From a bacterium (GTDB lineage: Bacteria; Patescibacteriota; Minisyncoccia; Phycocordibacterales; UBA918), in assembly GCA_030430425.1 (NCBI GenBank), contig JAUIFS010000002.1:1-55755 (forward strand): a DNA stretch of 55,755 nucleotides, in the 5' to 3' direction. This document shows, in pieces, positions 15,242-24,979 of the stretch. The translations under genes were made by a program, and so were the position numbers. Numbering within the stretch: position 1 is the stretch's first letter; each line of letters starts with the position of its first letter. The notes under the pieces were generated by a model that was not told where the DNA came from, did no database searches, and saw only the letters and a program-made list of their open reading frames with translations.

Positions 15242-16791
15242 CTTTCTTGATCGTTCAATGCAGTGCGAATGCGTCGTTTTGCAAGTGATGTTTTGGCGAT
15301 AGGAAGCCATTTAGGGGTTGGGTGTGCATTTTTCTTAGTATCAATTTGTACAATATCACCGTTGTGTAATTCTGTATCAAGTTGCACGAGTTTGTTGTTT
15401 ACCTTTGCGCCAGCAATGTGATTTCCAACTTCAGAGTGGATTGCATAGGCAAAGTCGATGGGTGTTGCAGCAACAGGCAGGTCAACCACGTCACCGTTTG
15501 GTGTAAATACAAAAATACGGTTACTAAAGAAGTCTTTTCGCATGTCATCAACAAACTCTTGTCCTGACGCTTTTTCGTGGGTGTACATCTCACCAATCTG
15601 CTGTATCCAGTGGGGAATTTTTTGACTGGGGTGTTTGTGTTTTGAGTCGTCTAAGTCTTCTTTGTTAATATGCTCTTGTTGTCCACGCCACGCAAACGGA
15701 CGGAACAAGGTAGGGACAAGGTTTGCAAACCATGAGCTGCTATTTTTCGCACCAGGTACTGCACTTTCCTTATAAATAATGTGTGACGCAATACCGTACT
15801 CAGCTTCGTGATGCATTTTTTCGGTACGTATTTGTATTTCGAGAATGGTGCCTGAGCTGGTGATTACGGTAGTGTGGATTGACTGGTAGCCATTTGGTTT
15901 TGGGAGATTAATATAGTCTTTCATGCGTGCAGGCATTGGGCGCCATAAGTCATGCACGATTCCCATTGCACGGTAGCAATCTTCTACATTTTTTACCACA
16001 ATACGCATGGCAAAGAGGTCATAGACAGTGTCAATGTTCCATTCCTTGCGCTGTAGCTTATGAAATAAGCTATACATTCCTTTAAGACGATGTGATGTTT
16101 TAAAGTGTGTGAGTCCTGAGTCTGCAAGTTTTTTTTGGAGTACTTTCCGTTCTTTCTCAAGTAGATCGTCTCCTTTTCCAAGACTTTGTTCTACAAGTGC
16201 ACATACGCGTTTATGCTCTTCAGGATACACGTACGGGAAAGCAAGATCTTCGAGCTCCTTTCGAATACGCCCCATTCCCAAGCGGTGTGCGACGGGGACG
16301 TAGATCTCTAGCGTTTCTTGTGCAATGCGGAGTTGTTTTGCTTCGGGGATATAGTCCAGTGTTTGCATGTTATGCAGGCGATCAACAAGCTTCACAATCA
16401 ATACACGAATATCCTGACTGGTTGCAACAAAAAGTTTACGCAAGCTTTCGTTGTGACGATCAGAACCATAATAGCGAACAGAACTAAGCTTGGTAACACC
16501 TTCCACAAGAAATAGTATTTCTTCTCCAAATTCTTTTCGAATATTTTCTGAGGTAACATCAGTATCTTCAATGGTGTCGTGCAATAGCCCTGCAGCAATA
16601 GTTCGCGGTCCCATACCCATCTGTGCAAGCATAAACGCCACAGAAGCAACGTGGCTCATGTATGGTTCTCCCGAGTAGCGTGTGTGACCTTCGTGTGCTT
16701 TTTGTGCATATGCATATGCTTTTTCAACCAAGCGCTTGTCGGCGTCGGTTGGGTTGCTGAGATTTCCAATGATATTGCTTGCGGTGGTCAT
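15226..16791 (-). CDS. RelA/SpoT-homologue (HD hydrolase + synthetase + TGS; no ACT region)
   Basis: HD domain HEGHTRYSGEPYMSHV...LHDTIEDT, synthetase GYQSIHTTV, C-terminal TGS-like FVFTPNGDVVDLPVAATPIDFAYAIHSEVG. 521 aa, shorter than long RSH proteins. Confidence 0.9.
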   Translation of the reverse strand: MTTASNIIGNLSNPTDADKRLVEKAYAYAQKAHEGHTRYSGEPYMSHVASVAFMLAQMGMGPRTIAAGLLHDTIEDTDVTSENIRKEFGEEILFLVEGVTKLSSVRYYGSDRHNESLRKLFVATSQDIRVLIVKLVDRLHNMQTLDYIPEAKQLRIAQETLEIYVPVAHRLGMGRIRKELEDLAFPYVYPEEHKRVCALVEQSLGKGDDLLEKERKVLQKKLADSGLTHFKTSHRLKGMYSLFHKLQRKEWNIDTVYDLFAMRIVVKNVEDCYRAMGIVHDLWRPMPARMKDYINLPKPNGYQSIHTTVITSSGTILEIQIRTEKMHHEAEYGIASHIIYKESAVPGAKNSSSWFANLVPTLFRPFAWRGQQEHINKEDLDDSKHKHPSQKIPHWIQQIGEMYTHEKASGQEFVDDMRKDFFSNRIFVFTPNGDVVDLPVAATPIDFAYAIHSEVGNHIAGAKVNNKLVQLDTELHNGDIVQIDTKKNAHPTPKWLPIAKTSLAKRRIRTALNDQESKKRD

Positions 16792-16879
16792 AAACGAATT
16801 TTACGTGTTGTGTGTGTTTGCGCAAGTTTTTCTTGTGATCATGTTGATGTAACGTACGTTCAAATGGAAAAAGCACAAG

Positions 16880-16906
16880 AAAAAACCTCGCATGCGAGGT
16901 TTTTTC
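16880..16906 (-). terminator. topA terminator
   Basis: cctcg/cgagg stem, loop catg, flanked by aaaaaa/ttttt, directly after the topA stop. Confidence 0.65.
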
Positions 16907-19264
16907 TTAACTAATTTTCAGAAGATTGATCGCGTCTTGCATCTCAAACTTCTCAAGCTTTGTTCCTTCAGGAAGCATGATGCGCTTGAAGCCCTTACGG
17001 AGATATTGTCCAGACTTTGACTCGTATACGTTAACCAATTTCTTTGTATGTGGATTCACTCCGAGTTCTTTCACAATTTTTTCACCTTTTCTACCTTGCT
17101 TTGGTTCTTTCAAGATATTCAAAGCACGCTTAAAGGTGATGTCGTATGGGTTGTCTTTGCCTTTCAGAGATCGGTAGTCTCCTGCATGTACGATATACGG
17201 TCCAAAACGTCCGGTGTTGGCAACAACAGGCTCGCCAGTTTTAGGGTGCTCACCAAGCTCACGTGGTAGTAGGAGGTACTTCACCGCATCTGCAACGGTA
17301 ACGTCCTCTGCTTCCATGCCCGCAGGGAGTGCAGCACGTCGTGGCTTCGCTGCCTTTTTGTCTTTTTTGTCGGGTGTGGCACCAAGTTGTACATACGGTC
17401 CGAAGCGTCCGGTGAGTACAAAAATAGGTTCACCTGTTTCAGGATGGTTGCCGATTGGCTCATCATCTTTTAACTCGGTCCCGTCGATCATGCGTGCACC
17501 ATCGCATTCGGGGAATGTACCGCATGAGAGAAACTTGCCTGCACGACCAAGTTTGATGACCATATCTTTTTTGCATTTTGGGCACTTAAATTCTTTTGGT
17601 CCTGGTCCAAGATTGGTTAACTTCTCAATGTTTTCTTTTCCTGCTACTGCTTTTGAAAATGGCTTGTAGAAGTCAGTGAGCACTTTTTTGTATTTTCGTT
17701 TTCCTTCGGCGATATCATCGAGTTGATCTTCCATGTCTGACGTAAAGTCGTCGTCAATATAGTCTGCAAAGTGCTCTTCAAGAAAACTTGAAACTACGTC
17801 TCCTGTGTCAGTTGGGATCATCGTGCGCCCTTCTTTCTCCACATACCCTCGGTCAATGATAGTGCGAATGATAGAAGCGTACGTAGACGGGCGTCCTATC
17901 CCACGTTTTTCGAGTTCTTTAATAAGTCCAGCCTCTGAGTATCGGTTTGGCGGTTGTGTTTGTTTTGCCTCAATTGCAACTTTTGTTACCTGTATTGTGT
18001 CACCTTCTGCTAGCTTGGGCACTTCGGTATCTTCACCACGTGCTCCAGGGTCAGCCTTGAGCCACCCATCAAATACGACGCGTGCGCCATTGACACTAAA
18101 ATCGGGAATGACAGCCTTAGTATCGGTTACATTGGCAAGTATTTTAGTTCGCTTTGTTTTTGCGTCTGCCATTTGAGAAGCAAGTGCACGGGCATAGATG
18201 AGTTCATACAATGCTTTTTGGTCAGCAGTTGTTCCTACTGATTGTTTTGCAAAGTTCGTCGGGCGTATTGCTTCGTGTGCTTCTTGTGCGGATTTACTTT
18301 TTGTTTTAAACGTTCTTTTTTGTAGATACTCTTTCCCAAACTCTTTAGGAATGAGTGCGTGAATTTGCTTTAGTGCAACTTGGCTCATGTTTGTTGAGTC
18401 GGTACGCATGTAGGTGATGTGTCCAGCTTCATATAGCTTTTGTGCAGCTTGCATGGTGCGTGAAGGAGAGAAGCCAAGTCGGGTTGATGCAGTCTGTTGC
18501 AGTGTCGAGGTAGTAAATGGTGGGCGTGGTGCGCGTTTTGCTTCACTCTCTTTTATTTTTTGTACTTCCCATTTGTGTTCCTCACCAACTTTTTTTATTC
18601 GTTGTGCTTCTTTTTCTTCAGCTGGTTCTTCGGTGCAAGTGAATGGAATTTCCATTGTATCTTTCTTCGCATGTGCCGTAAGTACGAAGTAGTCATCAGG
18701 GATAAAGGCACGGATTTCTCGTTCGCGTTCCATGAGGATACGCAGTGCAGGGGACTGCACGCGACCAGCAGAAAGACCATAGCGAACCTTTTTCCAGATA
18801 AGTCCCGATAGGTCATACCCAACCAGGCGGTCAAGCACACGACGTGCTTCTTGTGCTTCTTTAAGATCCTCGTCTATCTTGCGGGGGTGTGTAATGGCTT
18901 CTTGCACTGCATCTTTAGTGATTTCATGAAAGACGATTCGCTTCAGCTTTTTGTTGTCTTCCTTTATTAGCTCCGCTACGTGCCACGCAATAGCTTCTCC
19001 TTCGCGGTCAGGGTCAGACGCGAGCAGCACTTCTTTTGCATCAGCAGCAAGTTCTTTGAGTTCGCGTATTACTTTCTCTTTGCCGGGAGAAACAATGTAC
19101 CGTGGGATGAAACCTCCCTCAATATCTACTGCGTCTTTGTTACTTTTTGGTAAGTCACGAACATGCCCAATAGACGAGGTTACTTTGTATCCTGCTCCGA
19201 GATATTTTTCGATAGTCTTTGCTTTTGCAGGAGACTCTACGATTACTAATGTATTTTTTTCCAT
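16907..19264 (-). CDS. topA: DNA topoisomerase I
   Basis: The ATG at 19264 gives MEKNTLVIVESPAKAKTIEKYLG (Toprim). Also has DPDREGE, the active-site region YMRTDS, and C-terminal Zn-ribbon CPKCKK...C..C. Confidence 0.95.
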   Translation of the reverse strand: MEKNTLVIVESPAKAKTIEKYLGAGYKVTSSIGHVRDLPKSNKDAVDIEGGFIPRYIVSPGKEKVIRELKELAADAKEVLLASDPDREGEAIAWHVAELIKEDNKKLKRIVFHEITKDAVQEAITHPRKIDEDLKEAQEARRVLDRLVGYDLSGLIWKKVRYGLSAGRVQSPALRILMEREREIRAFIPDDYFVLTAHAKKDTMEIPFTCTEEPAEEKEAQRIKKVGEEHKWEVQKIKESEAKRAPRPPFTTSTLQQTASTRLGFSPSRTMQAAQKLYEAGHITYMRTDSTNMSQVALKQIHALIPKEFGKEYLQKRTFKTKSKSAQEAHEAIRPTNFAKQSVGTTADQKALYELIYARALASQMADAKTKRTKILANVTDTKAVIPDFSVNGARVVFDGWLKADPGARGEDTEVPKLAEGDTIQVTKVAIEAKQTQPPNRYSEAGLIKELEKRGIGRPSTYASIIRTIIDRGYVEKEGRTMIPTDTGDVVSSFLEEHFADYIDDDFTSDMEDQLDDIAEGKRKYKKVLTDFYKPFSKAVAGKENIEKLTNLGPGPKEFKCPKCKKDMVIKLGRAGKFLSCGTFPECDGARMIDGTELKDDEPIGNHPETGEPIFVLTGRFGPYVQLGATPDKKDKKAAKPRRAALPAGMEAEDVTVADAVKYLLLPRELGEHPKTGEPVVANTGRFGPYIVHAGDYRSLKGKDNPYDITFKRALNILKEPKQGRKGEKIVKELGVNPHTKKLVNVYESKSGQYLRKGFKRIMLPEGTKLEKFEMQDAINLLKIS

Positions 19265-19353
19265 ATGTGTTGGTACATAAATACTACCGATACATATATA
19301 TGTCAAATTATAAGTTTTTCCGAAAAAATCAATTCTCGCAAAAGAACAACAGA

Positions 19354-19377
19354 TTTACTAATGTTAACATTAGTAAA
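19354..19377. promoter_or_regulatory. 24-bp perfect palindrome, operator-like (copy 1)
   Basis: TTTACTAATGTTAACATTAGTAAA. It lies 9 nt after the TrpR-like gene stop and ~90 nt upstream of the topA start. Confidence 0.6.
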
Positions 19378-19385
19378 AGTTATAC

Positions 19386-19772
19386 TTACCTAGTGAGGCG
19401 AGCACGGGCTTTTGTGTTTACTTGCGCCATAATGAGGTCTTCGATACGTGCAAGAAATTGATTCTTTTCTTTCTTTTTTAGAGTGCTCATAAGATCATCA
19501 AATTGTCCGTCTTGGTACTGAGTGTAGAGGCGGCATGCTGTGGGTTGGCTAATTCCAAGTGTATGGCTGACTCTATACGGTGAGTATTTTTGCGTGTACA
19601 TAAAAATAGCACCATATCGTTTCACAATCATGATCTGTTCAGTGTCGGTGAGCAGATTGGTTATAAGTGCCGAGGCGTTTTGCTTGGTGAGTTTTGCAAT
19701 ATGCTCAATAAGTTGTTTTTGGACAGCTTGAAAGTCCGGAGCATTGATATTATTTTTTGAAATGTTGGTCAT
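19386..19772 (-). CDS. TrpR/YerC-YecD-like small HTH protein
   Basis: LLTDTEQIMIVKRYGAIFMYTQKYSPYRVSHTLGISQPTACRLY matches the Trp-repressor-like helix pattern. Met7 (19772) is preferred; the ORF-track start (19790) lies inside the palindrome. Confidence 0.7.
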   Translation of the reverse strand: MTNISKNNINAPDFQAVQKQLIEHIAKLTKQNASALITNLLTDTEQIMIVKRYGAIFMYTQKYSPYRVSHTLGISQPTACRLYTQYQDGQFDDLMSTLKKKEKNQFLARIEDLIMAQVNTKARARLTR

Positions 19773-19801
19773 AATTACTAATGTTAACATTAGTAATTAT
19801 G
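19770..19801. promoter_or_regulatory. 32-bp perfect palindrome, operator-like (copy 2)
   Basis: CATAATTACTAATGTTAACATTAGTAATTATG shares the 20-bp core TACTAATGTTAACATTAGTA with 19356-19375. It overlaps the start codon of the TrpR-like gene and lies 5 nt after the dprA stop. Confidence 0.6.
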
Positions 19802-19805
19802 TGCG

Positions 19806-20735
19806 TTATTTTCTTCTGTAGGTATTATGTTCGCATGCAATGAGTCCTTTCATTTCCATTTGCATGAGCAGTGCATTTGCTTCATGTGCGGGAAGTTTGG
19901 TGGCACGGATAAGTGTGTCCGTGTCACATGGTTCGTGTAGGGTAGAGAGCACTTGCTTTTCTGGGTTACTCAAAGATTCGGTTTCAATAAAAAGCGCTTC
20001 TGTGCTCTGGGTTACTTCTGGGTCAATGTGTAGCGCATGAAGTATATCCTTTGCAGTCGTGACGGGGGTAGCTCCAAGCTTGAGAAACTGATGCGGTCCA
20101 GCACAATTTTGTGAAAAAATATTCCCCGGCACTACAAGCAGCTCACGATTATAATCAACCGCTAAGCGAGCGGTGATGAGTGTTCCTGATTTTTCTGTTG
20201 CTTCCACAATAAGCGTTGCATGTGCAATGCCTGCCATGATGCGATTACGTTGAGCAAATGACCACTTTGTTGCAGTGAAGGTGGGATCAAATTCGGAAAG
20301 TAATCCACCGCCACTTTCTAGTATTCGCTGCGCAAGACCTTTGTGTCGTGCAGGATAGATCACGGCGTCATCGATACCGCTACCGGGAATAGCAAGTGTG
20401 TAGAGATTGTTTGCCATCGCTGCTTCGTGCGCCAATGAGTCGATACCAAGCGCAAGTCCAGACACGATGCCAACATTGTATCCGCGTAGTCCTCCAAGAA
20501 GGTGTGCAACCACCTGTTTACCATATGTGCTGTACTTTCGTGCGCCAACTACTGCAAGTAGTTTCATCTCGGTATCAGGAAGAACTCCACGATAATTGAG
20601 CTGTGCGGGCGGTTGCGGGATGTGTCGCACCAGCGGAGGGAATGCATCGCGCGAAAGTGTAGAAATTGGAAAGTGCATATGTTCAATAAAAGTGTAGCAT
20701 GTTGACCTTTTAGCTACTTTGTATTTATATAGCAA
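19806..20735 (-). CDS. dprA: DNA processing protein DprA/Smf
   Basis: VVGARKYSTYGKQV, SGLALGIDSLAHEAA, Rossmann-like core, C-terminal winged-helix-like tail. The start could be the internal Met at 20678. Confidence 0.9.
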   Translation of the reverse strand: MLYKYKVAKRSTCYTFIEHMHFPISTLSRDAFPPLVRHIPQPPAQLNYRGVLPDTEMKLLAVVGARKYSTYGKQVVAHLLGGLRGYNVGIVSGLALGIDSLAHEAAMANNLYTLAIPGSGIDDAVIYPARHKGLAQRILESGGGLLSEFDPTFTATKWSFAQRNRIMAGIAHATLIVEATEKSGTLITARLAVDYNRELLVVPGNIFSQNCAGPHQFLKLGATPVTTAKDILHALHIDPEVTQSTEALFIETESLSNPEKQVLSTLHEPCDTDTLIRATKLPAHEANALLMQMEMKGLIACEHNTYRRK

Positions 20736-20758
20736 GAGAAAAGAAAGGAGAGCGCGTT

Positions 20759-21211
20759 ATGAATACAACCGCATTGGTTCATACCAGTCAGGTAGACGAC
20801 GGTAACGATGTTAATGATGTTGCTACTGTTTTTGGATTTTGTGACGTTGTTGCAGTTGCTGAACTACTCTTGATATGCGCAACAACAGGAACAGAAGACG
20901 ATCTCAAACCACGAATGGTTACTATTGCAGACGTCATCGAAACTATGGAACGTCAGTTTCATGCAGAAGAATATAGTCAGGCATTTGAAAATGCTTTCCT
21001 TGGTGCAGATGGTTCAGGTATGAGTGTTGCAGATCGACAAGAGACAGTCGCGCATGCATGTGCACATCTTGTTTCAAGTGGCTGGCTTCGGTATGGTACA
21101 GAAAATAAAGTGTTTGCTTCTGACTTTTGGGACATGCCTGAGCGTGACATAGGCATACGCGTCACCCCTTCGTGGGGACTCATAACACTTATGCGTAAAA
21201 CCCAACGATAA
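20759..21211 (+). CDS. hypothetical acidic protein (150 aa)
   Basis: AAAGGAGAG SD 8 nt upstream and a terminator after it. No motif recognised. Confidence 0.55.
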   Translation: MNTTALVHTSQVDDGNDVNDVATVFGFCDVVAVAELLLICATTGTEDDLKPRMVTIADVIETMERQFHAEEYSQAFENAFLGADGSGMSVADRQETVAHACAHLVSSGWLRYGTENKVFASDFWDMPERDIGIRVTPSWGLITLMRKTQR

Positions 21212-21217
21212 ACGACG

Positions 21218-21255
21218 CATCACTCCGGACTACGGGGTGATGTTTTCTTTTTTTA
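21218..21255 (+). terminator. Hairpin terminator
   Basis: catcactcc/ggggtgatg stem (one G-T pair), 7-nt loop, T-rich tail. Confidence 0.65.
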
Positions 21256-21336
21256 TATTAGGTGTATTGTATAATCTATTCAATTAATCATTAGAGATTG
21301 TGGTGCAATTTGTGCCGCGTTTATTACTTTTTCACA

Positions 21337-22611
21337 ATGTTAGACATTAAATTCATTCGAGAGAATTTGGACATCGTAAAGATGGCTGCACAAAAGAAGC
21401 ATATGGAAGTTGATCTTGATCGACTTGTTTCCTTAGACGATACCCGACGTGAATTAATGTCGTCGCTTGAGGAGAAGCGCGCACGGCAAAATAAAGCTTC
21501 TGAAGCTATTGCACAAGCCGGAAGTGACCAAGAGCGACAGACGATGATTGCGCAGATGTCTGAATTAAAAGCAGAGCTCCAGAAAGAAGAGGAGGCACTA
21601 AAGCCAGTGATGGAAGAATGGCAGACACTAATGCTCCAAGTACCCCAGGTGCCCGACATGACGGTGCCTGACGGTGCGTCTGATGAAGATAACGTTGAGG
21701 TGAAGGTGTGGGGTGAACCAACACAGTTTGACTTTGAGCCAAAAGACCATACAGAGATCATGACTGCTTTGGGGATGGTTGATTTTGAACGTGGTACGAA
21801 AGTGCACGGGTTTCGTGGGTACTACCTCACCGGGGACGGCGCACGGCTTTCATGGGCTATCTGGAACTACGCAAACACGTTCTTTGGACAGAAGGGGTTT
21901 GAACCGCTGCTCGGACCTGCTATTGTGCGAAAGAGTAACTTGTACGGCACAGGCCACCTGCCAAACGAAGCAGAAGATATCTACAAAACACAAGATGATG
22001 ACTACCTGATTGGAACATCTGAAGTTTCTACCATGGGGTACTACGCAGACGAAGTGCTTGATAAAAGTCAGTTTCCGATAAAACACCTCGCGTTTTCACC
22101 TTGTTTCCGTCGAGAAGCAGGATCACACGGGAAAGACACAAAGGGGCTTATCCGTGTGCACGAGTTTTTCAAAGTAGAGCAAGTCATTCTCTGTGAAGCA
22201 TCACACGAAGAAAGTGTGAAGCATCATGAATGGATCAACCGAAACACAGAAGAGTTTATTGAGTCGCTTGGTATTCCGTATCATACGGTACTTAACTGTG
22301 GAGGAGATATTGGTCAAGGGCAGGTTAAGAAATACGATGTGGAGTTATGGGTGCCACTTGAGAAGAAGTACCGTGAGATCAGTTCTGCGTCGTACTTCCA
22401 TGACTTCCAGACGCGCCGATTCAATACCCGGTATCGTGACGAGGAAGGGAAACTACGATACGCACACTCACTGAACTGTACAGCGATTCCGACACCGCGC
22501 ATTCTCGTTTCGTTAATTGAGAACTTCCAGCAAGCAGATGGGTCCGTGAAGATCCCAGAAGTGTTGCAAAGCTACATGGGTGGACGTACGGTAATTGAAA
22601 AGAAAGAGTAG
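21337..22611 (+). CDS. serS: seryl-tRNA synthetase
   Basis: The ATG at 21337 gives MLDIKFIRENLD. N-terminal coiled-coil arm and class II motifs (FSPCFRREAGSHGKDTKGLIRVHEF, NCTAIPTPR). Confidence 0.95.
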   Translation: MLDIKFIRENLDIVKMAAQKKHMEVDLDRLVSLDDTRRELMSSLEEKRARQNKASEAIAQAGSDQERQTMIAQMSELKAELQKEEEALKPVMEEWQTLMLQVPQVPDMTVPDGASDEDNVEVKVWGEPTQFDFEPKDHTEIMTALGMVDFERGTKVHGFRGYYLTGDGARLSWAIWNYANTFFGQKGFEPLLGPAIVRKSNLYGTGHLPNEAEDIYKTQDDDYLIGTSEVSTMGYYADEVLDKSQFPIKHLAFSPCFRREAGSHGKDTKGLIRVHEFFKVEQVILCEASHEESVKHHEWINRNTEEFIESLGIPYHTVLNCGGDIGQGQVKKYDVELWVPLEKKYREISSASYFHDFQTRRFNTRYRDEEGKLRYAHSLNCTAIPTPRILVSLIENFQQADGSVKIPEVLQSYMGGRTVIEKKE

Positions 22612-22620
22612 TATAGAAGC

Positions 22621-22658
22621 AAAAACCCCAACAATGCATTAGCATTGTTGGGGTTTTT
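22621..22658 (+). terminator. Hairpin terminator
   Basis: 12-bp stem ccccaacaatgc/gcattgttgggg, loop atta, flanked by aaaaa/ttttt. Confidence 0.8.
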
Positions 22659-22687
22659 GGAGAATGTACATGCTACTATAGTGGACA

Positions 22688-23560
22688 ATGAAGCTGACGT
22701 TTCTAAATAAAAAGAAGACGCACACACGTGCCCGTCGCAGCAGAGGTGAGGAGCGATCGGTGCTACGCACGCAGATATTGATTGGTGCAGCAATTGTGTG
22801 TGTGATTGGTGTCCTTTTCACAGCTGTTTTTTATGGGACTCGTGTGAGATCACTACAAATTGTTGATGTGCAGGTGCATGGTGGATTTACTATTCCGCAT
22901 AGCCACGTGCGCACTGTGGTACAGCAAGAGTTGCAGGGGACCTATGTGAAACTGGTTCCGAAAACGTTCACGTGGTTCTATCCAAAAACAAGCATACAAA
23001 AACGACTAGAAAAAATACCGCGTCTAAAACAGTCTGAAATGACTCTAGAGGGGCAAGAGCTGGTAGTTGTGTTTGATGAGTATCAACCGCAATCGCTCTT
23101 TTGCAATGAGGATCAGCAGTGCTTCTTTGTTGACCACACAGGTTTCGCCTTTGCAAAGGCACCAAGCCTTACGGGGAGTGCGTTTATTCGCTACACAGAA
23201 AAAGGAAAGCAGGTGGGTGTGAAAACGCAAGCAGTAGAGCCTGACTTTATGGATGAAACACAAGCATTTTCTGAAAAGCTCGCAGCAGAACTCGATTTGT
23301 ATGTGACGCATATTCAGATACTCGATGCTCTGGATGTGCTGTATACCGTTTCAGGCGGAGGAACTATAAAAGTGTCGCAACGTATGTCACTGAATGATAC
23401 ATACAATAATCTGCAAACACTGTTGCAATCTGAAGCATTTATGCATCTTGAGTCAGGTGCTTTTCAATACATTGATCTCCGTTTTGGTGATAAGTTGTTT
23501 GTGAATGAGGTTACTGAAGAAGAAAAAACCGCCTCCTCGAGTGAGAGGGCGGTTGAGTAA
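22688..23560 (+). CDS. FtsQ/DivIB-like cell-division protein (TM + POTRA)
   Basis: Basic N-terminus, single TM ILIGAAIVCVIGVLFTAVFYG, POTRA-like IVDVQVHGGFTIPHSHVRTVV...LVVVFDEYQP. Confidence 0.7.
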   Translation: MKLTFLNKKKTHTRARRSRGEERSVLRTQILIGAAIVCVIGVLFTAVFYGTRVRSLQIVDVQVHGGFTIPHSHVRTVVQQELQGTYVKLVPKTFTWFYPKTSIQKRLEKIPRLKQSEMTLEGQELVVVFDEYQPQSLFCNEDQQCFFVDHTGFAFAKAPSLTGSAFIRYTEKGKQVGVKTQAVEPDFMDETQAFSEKLAAELDLYVTHIQILDALDVLYTVSGGGTIKVSQRMSLNDTYNNLQTLLQSEAFMHLESGAFQYIDLRFGDKLFVNEVTEEEKTASSSERAVE

Positions 23561-23562
23561 GG

Positions 23563-23769
23563 TTATTGTTTATCACCCATATAGGTTGGCTTGTTGCGTT
23601 GGATGTATTTCTCTGACCACCACACCGCAATTTCAAGGACTACCGAAGCAGTAGGCAGCGCGATTGTGCAGATGGCGCAGGTAGTGATGATGAACTGCCA
23701 ACTCGTTGTTATGTACAACAGAGCGGTGAGTAGCCCACAAAATGTACCGGCAGGTCGTGAATAAACCAA
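23563..23769 (-). CDS. possible small 2-TM membrane protein (start uncertain, possibly frameshifted)
   Basis: Hydrophobic 68-aa ORF with only a TTG start. An SD-preceded ATG at 23798 opens a different frame (MRIKYEGYLYWFIHD...) that stops at 23709. The two frames overlap. Confidence 0.3.
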   Translation of the reverse strand: MVYSRPAGTFCGLLTALLYITTSWQFIITTCAICTIALPTASVVLEIAVWWSEKYIQRNKPTYMGDKQ

Positions 23770-23860
23770 TACAGATAACCTTCGTATTTAATACGCATAG
23801 CTTCTTCCTTGCGTTTGTTTCGTCTTTCGGTACTATACTGAAAATTTTTAACAAGTCCAT

Positions 23861-24952
23861 ATGAACTTCTGGCAACAGCTCCCAAAACCTTTCTTTGTAG
23901 TTGCACCGATGGCAGACGTCACCGATGCGCCATTTCGTCGTATGCTTGCAAAGTATTCTTCACATGAACGTGCTAATGGAACGGTGGGTGGTCCTGACGT
24001 GATGTGGACAGAGTTTGTTGCTGCTGACGGTTTGATGCGTGCAACGCCTGAAGGAAAAAAGAAGCTCATGGCAGACTTAATCTATGACGAAATTGAGCGA
24101 CCGATAGTTGCGCAACTTTTTAGTTCCAATGAAGACCATATGGAACGAGCTGCACGACTGTGCCTGGAGCTTGGGTTCGATGGGGTAGACATAAATATGG
24201 GGTGTCCTGATAAGTCTATTGAAAAGCAAGGATGTGGTTCAGCGATGATCAAAACTCCTGAGGTTGCAACGGCGATCATTCGTGCAGCTAAAAAAGGAGC
24301 GCGACATGGTGAAGTAGATGGAATCCCGGTAAGTGTTAAAACACGTCTTGGCTATAACGAAGACACTATGGAGACATGGATCCCAGAGATTCTTTCTGAA
24401 AACCCAGCAGCGCTGACCATTCATGGTCGTACACGAAAGCAGATGAGCAAGGTACCTGCAAACTGGGACCGTATTGCTGATGTGGTAAAACTCCGAGACA
24501 AACTTGAAAGCGAAACGCTCATTCTTGGAAATGGTGATGTACTTTCGTTGGAGGATGCACAAATGAAGGCAGAAAAGACTGGTGTTGACGGGGTTATGGT
24601 TGGTCGCGCGTTATTTGGAAATCCATGGTTTTTCCATCCAACAAAGCATACATCGCTCAACCTTACAGCACTTCCTACAAAAGGAGTGAATCGTAAAGAG
24701 ATTATTGAAGTAGATACATCTAACAGCTCGTATGAGTACGTACCTCTTGAAGATCGTTTGGGAGTACTTGTTGAACACTCGAAGTTGTTTGTAGAACTGT
24801 TGCCGTTTAAGAATTTCAACATCATGAAGAAACACTACAAGGCGTATGTGCATGGGTTCCCGGGAGCAGCTTTGCTGCGCGGCACGCTTATGGAAGCAAG
24901 TTCACCAGAGGAGGTTGAGAAAATTGTCCACGATTTTTTGAAAAAGATATAA
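23861..24952 (+). CDS. dus: tRNA-dihydrouridine synthase
   Basis: VAPMADVTDAPFRRM, GFDGVDINMGCP, HGRTR. Confidence 0.92.
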   Translation: MNFWQQLPKPFFVVAPMADVTDAPFRRMLAKYSSHERANGTVGGPDVMWTEFVAADGLMRATPEGKKKLMADLIYDEIERPIVAQLFSSNEDHMERAARLCLELGFDGVDINMGCPDKSIEKQGCGSAMIKTPEVATAIIRAAKKGARHGEVDGIPVSVKTRLGYNEDTMETWIPEILSENPAALTIHGRTRKQMSKVPANWDRIADVVKLRDKLESETLILGNGDVLSLEDAQMKAEKTGVDGVMVGRALFGNPWFFHPTKHTSLNLTALPTKGVNRKEIIEVDTSNSSYEYVPLEDRLGVLVEHSKLFVELLPFKNFNIMKKHYKAYVHGFPGAALLRGTLMEASSPEEVEKIVHDFLKKI

Positions 24953-24979
24953 GTATCTTCGTATGAAGACTGGTACACT

